A stretch of DNA of 64,000 nucleotides from an uncultured Candidatus Babeliaceae bacterium (GTDB taxonomy: Bacteria > Babelota > Babeliae > Babelales > Babelaceae): positions 1,152,001-1,216,000 of the forward strand of contig OY969927.1 of NCBI GenBank assembly GCA_963704655.1, in the 5' to 3' direction. Shown one piece after another: positions 10,268-19,885 of this stretch (position 1 is its first letter; every line of letters starts with the position of its first letter). A program made the translations under genes and the position numbers. A model generated the notes under the pieces. That model ran no database searches and was not told where the DNA came from. It was given only the letters and a program-made list of their open reading frames with translations.

Positions 10268-10696
10268 ATGAAAAAAATAGCACTCATTATTTTCGCTTTA
10301 TTAGCATTTTCTAATTATTCATTATCAGCAATGGATGCAAAAAAAGAAAGTGCTTCTATGGAAAGTGTGGGGACTTTTTCAGGGGCTTTAAAAGTTTTGA
10401 CCGCATTTGATCAATTTATGGATAACCAAATGAGCAAAGAACTTGGGGCAATATCTAATGCGTCTACTGTTGTTGCACGTGGCATCAATGCTGCCCAAAA
10501 AGAGGTTATTATTGTTCCTTTTGGTCAGGATTTTATTAAAGAATTAACTGAAACATGCGATCAACCTTATACCCGTGAACAAATACAAAAAATTATGAAA
10601 TCAGAAACTTCAGCAGTTTATGCACTTGGTTTTGCGCAAGCGATAAGGCTTATAGCAAAAGTTCAAGAACAGCGTGAAGCTTCAGATGATAAATAA
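10268..10696 (+). CDS. Secreted hypothetical protein
   Basis: Signal peptide ending LSA|MDA. Confidence 0.75.
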   Translation: MKKIALIIFALLAFSNYSLSAMDAKKESASMESVGTFSGALKVLTAFDQFMDNQMSKELGAISNASTVVARGINAAQKEVIIVPFGQDFIKELTETCDQPYTREQIQKIMKSETSAVYALGFAQAIRLIAKVQEQREASDDK

Positions 10697-10764
10697 AATT
10701 AATATATTCTAGCAAAAAAACGGCGGCTATGGCGGACAGGCTTAATCTGTGATATAGTCTAAAT

Positions 10765-12744
10765 ATGACTATTTTTAAGCTACATTCCCCGTTTCCTGTT
10801 TCGGGCGATCAACCCAAGGCTATCGAAAAACTTGTTGAATCTAGGCCCGGTAAATCCACTCTTTTGGGGGTAACCGGCTCAGGTAAGACCTTTACTATGG
10901 CGCATGTCATAGCTCAGCAGAGTAAGCCGGTTTTGATTTTATCGCCTAATAAAACGTTAGCAGCGCAACTGTATGAAGAGTTTTCGCTCTTTTTCCCAGA
11001 AAATAAAGTCTGTTATTTTGTCAGTTATTATGACTATTACCAGCCAGAGTCGTACCTGCCAGCGCAGGATATTTACATCCCAAAAGAGACAAAAATTAAC
11101 TCAGAAATTGAGCGCTTACGCATAGAGGCCGCTGCCAGCATGATTAATAGGCAAGATACGATAGTTATTGCCTCTGTTTCATGTATATATTCTTTGGGTA
11201 ATCCTGCAGATTATAAAAATTTAGCTTTTTCGCTTTCATTAAATCAAGAGATAACGCGTGGTGAGCTTATAAAAAGGCTTATCTTTATACAATATGCTAG
11301 AAACGATATGGAAAAAAGCTCTGGAACTTTTCAAGTGCAGGGTGATGTTATAGAGGTTAATTTACCCTATCAAAAAGAAAAATTACGCATCGAAATGTAC
11401 GGCAGCTTTATTCAACGCCTTTCGTGGGTTACAAAACATGAAAATAGGGTGGTAAGCGAGCTTGATAACACCTTAATTTTTCCTGCAAAATATTTTGTTA
11501 CTACTCAAGAAAAAAAGGACGCTGCGCTTGCAAGTATAAAAGCTGAGCTTGAAGAGTATGCACCAACATTAAAAAACCCAATCTATAAAGAACGAATAAA
11601 AGCACGCGTAACGCATGATATGGAGCTTTTAAAAGAGCGTGGATTCTGTCCGGGCATTGAAAATTATTCGGTGCATTTTGATGGCAGATATTCTGGGCAG
11701 GCACCGTTTTGTTTATTCGATTTCTTTCCTGAATTTCTATTAATGATCGATGAATCACACGTTGCCATTCCGCAATTGCGTGGTATGTATGCTGGTGACC
11801 GTGCACGTAAATCGTCACTTATTGAATATGGTTTTAGGTTACCAAGCGCGTTTGATAACAGGCCGTTACAATTTTCTGAAATCGAAAAATATTTTAACGA
11901 TGTAATATTCGTTTCTGCGACTCCTGGCGATTATGAGATGCAAAAAAGTGATAACATAGTCGAGCAGATTATTCGTCCAACGGGCCTTATTGATCCTGTT
12001 GTTGAAGTGCACAAGCGCGAGGGCCAAATTTCTGATCTTATTAAAGAAGTTAAAGACACGCGTGAACGCGGGCTCCGTACATTAATTACGGTACTTACTA
12101 AAAAATTAGCCGAAGAGTTTGCGCATTATCTTGAAGAGCAGCAGATTAAAGTATGTTACTTACATTCAGATATTAAAACCCCAGAACGAACTGAGATTTT
12201 ACATAAATTACGCCAAGGCGTTTTTGATTGTTTGGTTGGGGTTAACTTGCTTCGTGAAGGGCTCGATCTTCCTGAAGTTGCACTTGTTGCCATTATGGAC
12301 GCTGATGTTGAAAGTTTTTTACGCGATAAACGTTCGTTAATTCAGACTATTGGCCGTGCTGCACGAAACAGTGAATCAAAAGTTATTTTATATGCAGACA
12401 AGATCACCAATTCTATGCAAAATGCTATGGATGAAACGGCCCGTCGCCGCATCTTGCAACAAGCATATAATAAAAAACATGGCATTACTCCGACTACGGT
12501 GCAACGAGAAGTTACCAAGAGTATTTCGCCTATTCAAAAGGCTATTATCGAAGCGCGTAAGGGCAAAAAGAAAACCTCCACTGCGCAAGAGGCTGGGAAA
12601 TATACTTCAGCTGATGTTCAAAAACAGATTCTTGATCTTGAAGCACAAATGCAACATGCTGCTGAAAACTTCAACTTTGAAGAAGCTATTGCACTTCGAG
12701 AGCAATGGATGCAATTAAAAGCACTTCTAAAAGACAGCTTCTAA
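10765..12744 (+). CDS. uvrB: Excinuclease ABC subunit B
   Basis: GVTGSGKT, YYDYYQPE, DESH, NLLREGLDLPEV, QTIGRAARN, C-terminal UVR domain. Confidence 0.98.
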   Translation: MTIFKLHSPFPVSGDQPKAIEKLVESRPGKSTLLGVTGSGKTFTMAHVIAQQSKPVLILSPNKTLAAQLYEEFSLFFPENKVCYFVSYYDYYQPESYLPAQDIYIPKETKINSEIERLRIEAAASMINRQDTIVIASVSCIYSLGNPADYKNLAFSLSLNQEITRGELIKRLIFIQYARNDMEKSSGTFQVQGDVIEVNLPYQKEKLRIEMYGSFIQRLSWVTKHENRVVSELDNTLIFPAKYFVTTQEKKDAALASIKAELEEYAPTLKNPIYKERIKARVTHDMELLKERGFCPGIENYSVHFDGRYSGQAPFCLFDFFPEFLLMIDESHVAIPQLRGMYAGDRARKSSLIEYGFRLPSAFDNRPLQFSEIEKYFNDVIFVSATPGDYEMQKSDNIVEQIIRPTGLIDPVVEVHKREGQISDLIKEVKDTRERGLRTLITVLTKKLAEEFAHYLEEQQIKVCYLHSDIKTPERTEILHKLRQGVFDCLVGVNLLREGLDLPEVALVAIMDADVESFLRDKRSLIQTIGRAARNSESKVILYADKITNSMQNAMDETARRRILQQAYNKKHGITPTTVQREVTKSISPIQKAIIEARKGKKKTSTAQEAGKYTSADVQKQILDLEAQMQHAAENFNFEEAIALREQWMQLKALLKDSF

Positions 12745-12750
12745 CTGATA

Positions 12751-12867
12751 CTTCGATAAAACTCAGTACTAAAGACTCGCTCATCCTGACACTTCGTCAA
12801 GCTCAGCGCTAAAGGCCCTGCCTGCCCGCCGTAGCCTTGGCGTAGGCTGGGTCGAAGGGTTAGCGAG
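12751..12867. repeat. Nested cluster of palindromic repeat units
   Basis: CTTCGATAAAACTCAG and CTTCGTCAAGCTCAG units; outer CTCGCTCATCCTGA..TCGAAGGGTTAGCGAG; inner CCGCCGTAGCCTTGGCGTAGGCTGG. Confidence 0.7.
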
Positions 12868-13040
12868 ATTCAGGATCCATCTCATAATAATTCATAATTT
12901 GCGGCTTGCTGCCGAACCGCCTTGGGGATTTTGTGATAAAACCCCCAAGACCCCCGATCATCCTGCCGGAGGCCGGTCGCTTCAATTCACTCGGCATGGC
13001 ACAAAAGTGCCGGGCCTCGGTCAGAGAAGCTCCTCGACTT

Positions 13041-13706
13041 TTATTTTATAGATAAATTCAGTTCACTATTTATAAATTGATCAATGGGCCAATAACCCAT
13101 AGCTCTACTATTATTAGCGAGTATCTCGCGGGTTTTAACCGGCAGGCAATGCGTAACCGTTGAAAAATATTGTGGCACGCTGACAAGCGGGGCATTGTAT
13201 AATGCATTGAGAACTTCAAAATTAACTGGGGCTGCACTTTTATCATACATTCCAAGTAATCTTACATGGCTTTCAAACCCACATGTGGTCAAATAAGGGG
13301 ATGAATTTTGAGTAAGCGTAAAGCTCTCATTTTTGGCAATGGTATGAGAGACGTAGCCAACAATTCTATTATTAATAGTCGCTTTGAGTTGTAGTCTGTT
13401 ATTTTTTTCTTTGAATTCTTCTTGGAACATTCTCCCTATAATTTTTTTTGCTGTAGATTCATCTGGTTTATCCGGAAATATTTTGAACAGGTTTATAAAA
13501 ATTTCTTGTGCGGCGGTTATATCGTTTTCTGAGTTAACGTAATCTATGGTATAAGTTCCATATCCAGTTTTTATAGTAGTAGGTAATGGTTTTTTATCTC
13601 TAAAAAAGGGATTCTTGCCCCAATCAGCACTCATGCTCTGCATGCCATGCAAATAGACGTTGCAAGTAGATAGTATAATTAATAATAGTATTTTAATGTT
13701 AGTCAT
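13041..13706 (-). CDS. Secreted hypothetical protein, possibly a degenerate GNAT-like fold; homolog of 14804..15400
   Basis: Shared MTNIKILLLII, YTID, LQLKA..N..IVGY.SH, GYWP. Confidence 0.7.
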   Translation of the reverse strand: MTNIKILLLIILSTCNVYLHGMQSMSADWGKNPFFRDKKPLPTTIKTGYGTYTIDYVNSENDITAAQEIFINLFKIFPDKPDESTAKKIIGRMFQEEFKEKNNRLQLKATINNRIVGYVSHTIAKNESFTLTQNSSPYLTTCGFESHVRLLGMYDKSAAPVNFEVLNALYNAPLVSVPQYFSTVTHCLPVKTREILANNSRAMGYWPIDQFINSELNLSIK

Positions 13707-13789
13707 AAATGTGTCCCTAATTTTGCCACTTTTTAATTTTTATGGTTATCGTAATAATTACTTAATGATAACATATTTTGGGAGTGGTT

Positions 13790-13873
13790 ATGAAAAATTT
13801 TAAAATAATTGTCTTTATTACGGGTTTATTGCCCGCTATATGCTACGTATATCAGATCCAAAGAGTCTTATAA
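13790..13873 (+). pseudogene. Truncated 5' duplicate of the M3 peptidase gene
   Basis: MKNFKIIVFITGLLPAICYVYQIQRVL-stop vs MKNFKIIVFLVGLLPTAWYVYQIQGKL at 15479. Confidence 0.75.
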
Positions 13874-13883
13874 ACTCACTTTT

Positions 13884-14018
13884 GCTGATGTGCAAAAACA
13901 GATTCTTGACCTTGGAGCACAGATGCAACTCGCTGCTGAAAGCTTTAACTTTGAAGAGGCTATTGCACTTCGAGAGCAGTGGATGCAATTAAAGGCGTTA
14001 CTAAAGGATAGTTTTTAG
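13884..14018 (+). pseudogene. Displaced duplicate of the uvrB 3' end (UVR domain)
   Basis: 45-codon match to 12610-12744. Confidence 0.9.
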
Positions 14019-14116
14019 TTATTGTTTTTTTAATATTAATTTTTTTCATTTATTGCTATATTATAATATAGTACTATATAAAATAGTGGCGTTTCTTAAT
14101 TTTGATAAGGTATTTT

Positions 14117-14485
14117 GTGAAAAAATGGCAAATCGAATATTGAGATGAGGGAAAGAATAAAAATTCTATCGAGAAGTGGCTTGATAAGCTAACCAAGGAG
14201 CAGCTCAAATCAGTCGCCAAAGAATTGCGAATGCTAGAGGAGATTGGAAACGAGCTAAGGCTACCTCATAGCAAGGCTTTGGGTGATGGTTTGTTTGAAT
14301 TGCCAGAGCGGCGACATGGATATCGTATTTATTATGGATTTAATGGTAAGAGTCTAATTATTTTGCTTGCTGCTGGGGATAAAACAAGTCAAGAAAGAGA
14401 TATAAAAATAGCTCGTGAAAGATTAACAAAAAATATAAGGATTGGGGACCATTATGAAAACAAAAAGCTTCCAGAAATACCTTGA
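14117..14485 (+). pseudogene. RelE/HigB-like toxin with an in-frame stop
   Basis: GTG start; KKWQIEY then TGA at 14141-14143; frame continues to LRLPHSKALGDGLFEL..GYRIYY..LLAAGDKTSQERDI. Confidence 0.8.
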
Positions 14486-14765
14486 ACAGCGTCTTAATAA
14501 AGATGAAATCGCTGAAATTGAAGAGCAAGCAAAACTTGAAGTTAAAATTTTAACTTCAATACAACAATTAATTTCGAGCGCTATGGAAGAATATATGGAA
14601 AAAAATAACATTGGTTTTAATGAGCTTGTTAGGCGCCTTGACTCAAGTCCAGCTCATGTTGCAAAAATTAGACGTGGTGAAGCAAATTTGACTCTGTCGA
14701 GCTTGGCACATCTTTTTGCTGCGCTTGGAAAAGAGCCACAAGAAGTCTTTAAAGGCAGAAAATAA
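14454..14765 (+). CDS. XRE-family HTH antitoxin (HigA-like)
   Basis: Overlaps the toxin 3' end; HTH with RGEANLTLSSL. Confidence 0.8.
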   Translation: MKTKSFQKYLEQRLNKDEIAEIEEQAKLEVKILTSIQQLISSAMEEYMEKNNIGFNELVRRLDSSPAHVAKIRRGEANLTLSSLAHLFAALGKEPQEVFKGRK

Positions 14766-14803
14766 ACTGATTCAGTTTGCTTTGGTTAGTGTGCGAGGGT
14801 AAG

Positions 14804-15400
14804 TTAATTCGCGAGTTCTTCAAATTCACTAAGCGGCCAATAACCAATAGTATCTTCACCAGCTTCGATTGGAGCAATGTTATCCGCCAGTCGGCTCTCG
14901 GTAATGGAGTTATTTTTTATAAAGTTTTTTGGGGCAAGTTTCAGATATTGAAAAATTTGCTCATAATCATAAGCATTTTTATCGCATACCATTAATTTTA
15001 AAAGACTTTTGTGTTTTATTCTAGCGTTGTGTTTAGAGGTTAAATCATCTTTTACGATTACATGGGAAGCATAGCCAACAATAGTACCATTTAAGCTAGC
15101 TTTTAATTGCAGAGTTATTTGGGTTTCCAGTGAGCTGCTTGCAAGTGTTTCTAATTCATTTTTAAACATTAAATAAATGGGTATGTCCAGCTCACCGGTT
15201 TTTATTTGGGCTTCTAAGATTTCTTGTGCTTTAACTATATCGCCACTTTCAGCGCGATCTATAGTATATATTCGGTCTTCAACTCCAAAATGCCAGGGGA
15301 ATGGCGTAATTTTCGTTAAAAAACTGTTCTGATTCATCCCATAAACGCACATATTGCAAGCAGATATGATAATTAATAATAGTATTTTAATATTAGTCAT
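14804..15400 (-). CDS. Secreted hypothetical protein, homolog of 13041..13706
   Basis: Near-identical signal peptide and promoter; shared motifs. Confidence 0.7.
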   Translation of the reverse strand: MTNIKILLLIIISACNMCVYGMNQNSFLTKITPFPWHFGVEDRIYTIDRAESGDIVKAQEILEAQIKTGELDIPIYLMFKNELETLASSSLETQITLQLKASLNGTIVGYASHVIVKDDLTSKHNARIKHKSLLKLMVCDKNAYDYEQIFQYLKLAPKNFIKNNSITESRLADNIAPIEAGEDTIGYWPLSEFEELAN

Positions 15401-15478
15401 AAATATGTCCCTAATTTTGCCACTTTTTAATTTTTATGGTTATCTTACTATGTTAAGAATAACATATTTGGAGTGGGT

Positions 15479-17575
15479 ATGAAAAATTTTAAAATTATTG
15501 TCTTTTTGGTCGGGTTACTGCCCACCGCATGGTACGTGTACCAAATTCAAGGAAAACTTATGGCACATTTAAATACAAAAACTGTTCTTGATCTTATCGC
15601 GAAGCCTGATGACGCATTGGCGATTTTTCCAAAAACAACACAAAAGATGCAAGAACTTGCCCAAGAAATTAAAAAGTTAACCTTAGAGCGCGTTGATGCC
15701 ATTAAAGTAATTCCTGCTGCTGAGCGTACGTTTGATAATACCGTTCGTGCAGGTGATAGTATGAATGCAGATATTGAAAAAGGGATGTCTTTGCTTCACA
15801 TGTGCCAGATGGTTTATCCAGACAAAGAGCTACGTGAAACGGCAGAAAAATTAATACTAGAATTGCAAAACTTTATTGTTGATAATCTCACCTTAAATAA
15901 AGATCTCTATAATGCCTTTATGGAGTACGTTAACGGCAATAAAGCCCAGGAAACACTCAACTCAGAAGAAGAGTTTTACATCTCAGAATCGTTAAAAAGT
16001 TTTAAACGTTCTGGATATGATCTTCCAGACGAGCAGCAGGCAGAATTAAAAAGATTACAAAAGGAGCTTGCAGAATTAACTCAACTTTTTAATGTTAATA
16101 TCGCCAAAGACGTTCGCTTTATTACCGTTTCACGGCAAGATCTTCAAGGGTTAACCGATGAACAAGTTGCGCCTTATTTAGATGAACTTTCTGGAAAATA
16201 TATTCTCAAAACAGATTACCCGACTGTGGATCTGGTGCTGCAAAATTGTACGCTTGAATCAACTAGAAAAGCATTGTGGGTGGAGTTTAATAACCGTGCG
16301 CATCCAAACAATAATGAAATTCTTAAAAAAGTTATTAAAATTCGTCACCAGATAGCAGAGCTTCTAGGCTACCCATCATATACGTACTGCAATCTTGATG
16401 ATAGCATGGCCCAATCACCAGAGCGTGTTCAAAACTTTTTAAAAGAATTAGAAACTCGTTCAACAGCAAAAGCGCAACAAGAGTTTGAAGAGCTTGTTCG
16501 CCAATTGCCAGAAGGTATCACATTAACTGCAGATGGCAAGTTAAAACCATGGGATGCGCGTTATGTTATGTATCAATACAAAAAACAGCATGCGGCTATT
16601 GATGAACGCGCTATTGCAGAATATTTCCCTCTTGAAAAAACTATCGACGTTTTATTAGAACTCTATGAAGAGTTTTTAGGTTTACGTTTTGAACAGCTTC
16701 CTGCACAAGGTCTTTGGCACTCAGATGTTAAGCTTATTAAAGCGACTCAAGATGACAAACTTTTAGGCTATCTCTTTTTAGATTTGCACCCGCGGGACAA
16801 TAAATATACTCATGCATGTAACTTGAGTATTATTCATGGCTTGCACAACAAACAGGGTGATATCACTGTCCCTGTTGTGACAGTTGTTATTGCTAATTTC
16901 CCAAAATCTACCGGTGAAAAGCCAGCATTATTAATGCGCAGTGACGTCAACACATTTTTCCATGAGTTTGGCCATGCGGTGCATGCACTCTGTGGCATAA
17001 CCGAGCTTAATGCATTTTCCGGAACAAACGTAAAGCGTGATTTTGTAGAACTGCCATCGCAGATGTTAGAAGAATGGCTCTGGCAACCAGAGGTGTTAAA
17101 ACGTATTAGTGGCCACTATAAATCTGGCATTAAATTACATGATGAACTTATTGCAGCGATTATTAAAATAAAAAATCTTGATACTGGATTTTTCCTTAAG
17201 CGCCAAATATCTTTGGCCTATCTTTCACTTGCGTGCTTTAACGAGCACATTGATGATGATATGAAGCATGAATATCAACTTCTTTTTGAACGCTTAATGC
17301 CGTACCAAGACTATTGCCCAGAAGAGAATTTTATCTCATCATTTGGCCATTTAATGGGCTATGGTGCGCAATATTATGGCTATTTATGGTCAAAAGTTTT
17401 TGCATTAGATCTTTTTGATTACATTAAAGAACATGGGCTATCTGGTAAAGTCGGCGCACGTTACCGCGATTTAGTTATTGGTAAAGGTGGCAGCAAAGAC
17501 CCGTATGCATTATTAGTCGATTTTCTTGGCCGTGAACCGAATAGTGATGCGTTCTTTAAGGACATGGGGATATAA
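15479..17575 (+). CDS. M3 family metallopeptidase (thimet oligopeptidase-like)
   Basis: FFHEFGHAVH, RDFVELPSQMLE, FGHLMGYGAQYYGYLWS, FLGREPN. Confidence 0.95.
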   Translation: MKNFKIIVFLVGLLPTAWYVYQIQGKLMAHLNTKTVLDLIAKPDDALAIFPKTTQKMQELAQEIKKLTLERVDAIKVIPAAERTFDNTVRAGDSMNADIEKGMSLLHMCQMVYPDKELRETAEKLILELQNFIVDNLTLNKDLYNAFMEYVNGNKAQETLNSEEEFYISESLKSFKRSGYDLPDEQQAELKRLQKELAELTQLFNVNIAKDVRFITVSRQDLQGLTDEQVAPYLDELSGKYILKTDYPTVDLVLQNCTLESTRKALWVEFNNRAHPNNNEILKKVIKIRHQIAELLGYPSYTYCNLDDSMAQSPERVQNFLKELETRSTAKAQQEFEELVRQLPEGITLTADGKLKPWDARYVMYQYKKQHAAIDERAIAEYFPLEKTIDVLLELYEEFLGLRFEQLPAQGLWHSDVKLIKATQDDKLLGYLFLDLHPRDNKYTHACNLSIIHGLHNKQGDITVPVVTVVIANFPKSTGEKPALLMRSDVNTFFHEFGHAVHALCGITELNAFSGTNVKRDFVELPSQMLEEWLWQPEVLKRISGHYKSGIKLHDELIAAIIKIKNLDTGFFLKRQISLAYLSLACFNEHIDDDMKHEYQLLFERLMPYQDYCPEENFISSFGHLMGYGAQYYGYLWSKVFALDLFDYIKEHGLSGKVGARYRDLVIGKGGSKDPYALLVDFLGREPNSDAFFKDMGI

Positions 17576-17588
17576 ATCTTACTTATTG

Positions 17589-18314
17589 TTAGGATAGGCC
17601 CAGTTTTTCTTTATAAAGACCTAATAACCTGCCATCGTACTCGCTGCTAGATGCTCTATCTAGTAGATCATCTTGTAAACGTCGATTATCGGTAAATGGT
17701 GTCAATGAACCGTGCTCTATTAATAATTTAGCCAAGTCGTAGTCTTTCGTATGTATTAATACGGGAATGCCAACAAATACTGCATTCTTTGCATCAGCGT
17801 TAGTATTTTTTAGTAAAAATTGTGTTAGTTCCATGTCTTGCCCCCGCGTAGCTATAGAGAAAACTGTTGTCCGCAGGACAGCAATGGGATGATTTGCATC
17901 TGCGCCAGCAAGGCATAAGATCTTAAAGTATGTCCTTTTGTAACGGTATTCATTGTCACCACAAGTTGTTTTACTAGCTGGCTTTACCTGGGAACTTTTG
18001 CCGTTTTGTATATGTTGCTTAAGTAGGGCGATAATACCTTGGCCGCTGCCATAAGTTGTTTTATTAACTAGCTCTAATAGGGAATTTTTGTCCTCTTGTG
18101 GAAGCTGTTTGATTTTGCTGATAAGTTCTGTCCCTTTGTCCGTATCTGGAAAAGTATCAAAATCTTGTGGATGTCCGCTATCCATTCCGCTATTAATATC
18201 GTCTTTAATTTCTTTAAAAATAATATCGACATTGACTGCTTCTTGCGCCATGCAGACAGTGGCAAAAGCTGTGAATGCGAGATTGGTTATAAGAATGATT
18301 TTGAAAAGTTTCAT
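17589..18314 (-). CDS. Secreted ankyrin-repeat-like protein
   Basis: AGADAN, LTQFLLKNTNAD, LAKLLIEHG. Confidence 0.65.
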   Translation of the reverse strand: MKLFKIILITNLAFTAFATVCMAQEAVNVDIIFKEIKDDINSGMDSGHPQDFDTFPDTDKGTELISKIKQLPQEDKNSLLELVNKTTYGSGQGIIALLKQHIQNGKSSQVKPASKTTCGDNEYRYKRTYFKILCLAGADANHPIAVLRTTVFSIATRGQDMELTQFLLKNTNADAKNAVFVGIPVLIHTKDYDLAKLLIEHGSLTPFTDNRRLQDDLLDRASSSEYDGRLLGLYKEKLGLS

Positions 18315-18455
18315 AATTTTGGGTTCCCGCGCACTATATTTTTAACGTTTTTTATATTTTTTTCTATATAATAAACATAACTTTATTAATAAAAGTGTCA
18401 ATTGGCTATTTGGAATAAGGCTTTAGGCGATTTTATCTAGTAATTAAGGAGCTCT

Positions 18456-19469
18456 ATGAATTTTCTTTCTATGTGCGCAGGTGCAGCTTCTAGTTTAATT
18501 TTTATATCTGCATGTGCAGCTGACGCATTTTACGATATTCAAGCACATAATAGAGATGTTTTTAGTGTTGATTTCGCACATGATGGTTCAGATATGGTAA
18601 CTGCATCTTGCTGGGATCAAGAAGTTGTTATTTGGGATGTTAAAGAACAAGCATCAAAACAAAAAATTAAACTTTTAGATGATGGAGACATTGGAATTCA
18701 CAAGGCATTATTCTCTGCACCAGAACATAATCAACTTGCAGCTCTTTTAACAGATGGAAGCGTGATAATTTGCGATACAAGAAGTAGTGATGTATTAGGC
18801 AACTTAGATCTTAACGGTAAGTGCAATTCCAACGGTATAGTTTGGCACCCATTTTTGCCAGTTGTGGCATTTTCTAATCGGCATGGTGGGGTTTCTGAGT
18901 GGGATACCATGCATAAAAACAAGGTCGGTGATGTTGATTTTGGTGTGTACAACGTTAGTTGTGTTGATTACAATTCAGATGGTGCTGTACAGACCGGACA
19001 CTATTTAAAAGATGGTAAAAGTACCTTTTTCATAAGAGATAGAAATGGAGAGTTTATTGAAGAGCAATCGTCTGAACCTTTTGCTTGGGCGGTAAGATGC
19101 GTGCCAGGTAATGATTCACTGGTGGCAGCGGCTTTAAATGATGGGACAATACATTTAAGAAATATCATTACCGGAAAGCTAGAAAGAACATTAAACGGGC
19201 ATGTTGTGAAGAATGGTGACTGTGCTATCGAGGCGCTTTGTTTTAATCCGCAAGACAATACTCAACTTGCAAGTGGTTCTGATGATAAAACGGTTCGAGT
19301 ATGGGACATTACATCAGAACGTTGTAAAGTTTTACAGGCCACAGCCGAAGTTAATTGTATCGCTTTTCATCCGGATGGTAAGCATCTTGCTGCCGCATGC
19401 TATTCTTCAACTAATGATAATAGCGGCAAAGTCAGAATCTGGAATCTGGCTCGTGCTTTAGCTGAATAA
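18456..19469 (+). CDS. Secreted WD40 repeat protein
   Basis: LASGSDDKTVRVWD, IAFHPDG, VVIWD, VRIWN. Confidence 0.9.
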   Translation: MNFLSMCAGAASSLIFISACAADAFYDIQAHNRDVFSVDFAHDGSDMVTASCWDQEVVIWDVKEQASKQKIKLLDDGDIGIHKALFSAPEHNQLAALLTDGSVIICDTRSSDVLGNLDLNGKCNSNGIVWHPFLPVVAFSNRHGGVSEWDTMHKNKVGDVDFGVYNVSCVDYNSDGAVQTGHYLKDGKSTFFIRDRNGEFIEEQSSEPFAWAVRCVPGNDSLVAAALNDGTIHLRNIITGKLERTLNGHVVKNGDCAIEALCFNPQDNTQLASGSDDKTVRVWDITSERCKVLQATAEVNCIAFHPDGKHLAAACYSSTNDNSGKVRIWNLARALAE

Positions 19470-19537
19470 TTACCAGCCCCCAGTAAACGACAGGACCTGC
19501 GTATGCAGAGTAGCTATAGGGTGCAGAAAATCCGTCA
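19470..19537 (-). repeat. Diverged duplicate of the 3' end of gene 20272..20541
   Basis: TTACCAGCCCC(C)AGTAAACGACAGG.CCTGCGTATGC... matches 20272-20338. Confidence 0.85.
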
Positions 19538-19604
19538 ACGAAGGGTAGGACAAAAAATTCACTTTTAAAAAATTTATAGATTTTTGTAAAATTTAACATA
19601 AATA

Positions 19605-19624
19605 TGTATACTTATTTGTATACA
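19605..19624. promoter_or_regulatory. Probable TA operator palindrome
   Basis: TGTATAC-TTATTT-GTATACA directly upstream of the antitoxin RBS. Confidence 0.55.
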
Positions 19625-19639
19625 GAAAGGTGTGAAATT

Positions 19640-19885
19640 ATGGCAAAAATGGCAAGAATAAGTGAAGATACCTCAAAGAAAATTGATGAGTTAGCTGAGT
19701 TATTAAGCGTTTCAAAGCAAAAAGTTATTGATATTGCTGTAAAATCTTATGAAAAAGAGCTTTTCTTTAAAAGATTAGATGCTGATTATGCTGCATTAAA
19801 AAAAGACGCAAAGGCATGGAAAGAGTTTCAGGATGAAATGGCTGAATGGGATGTAACTCTTCAAGATCGGCTTAATAATGAATAA
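19640..19885 (+). CDS. Antitoxin (RHH-like) of a MazF/PemK module
   Basis: RBS AGAAAGGTG; ends EMAEWDVTLQD; overlaps toxin start. Confidence 0.8.
   Translation: MAKMARISEDTSKKIDELAELLSVSKQKVIDIAVKSYEKELFFKRLDADYAALKKDAKAWKEFQDEMAEWDVTLQDRLNNE

Noticed and set aside
13809-14018. 69-aa ORF as a real gene
   Set aside because: It starts at a TTG in an off-frame reading of the M3 peptidase remnant and runs into the displaced uvrB tail; treated as a junction product.
14141-14143. TGA-to-Trp recoding (genetic code 4) suggested by the toxin's in-frame TGA
   Set aside because: Conserved genes use TGG for Trp with no internal TGA, and TGA terminates dnaG, atpD and lgt. A nonsense mutation is simpler.
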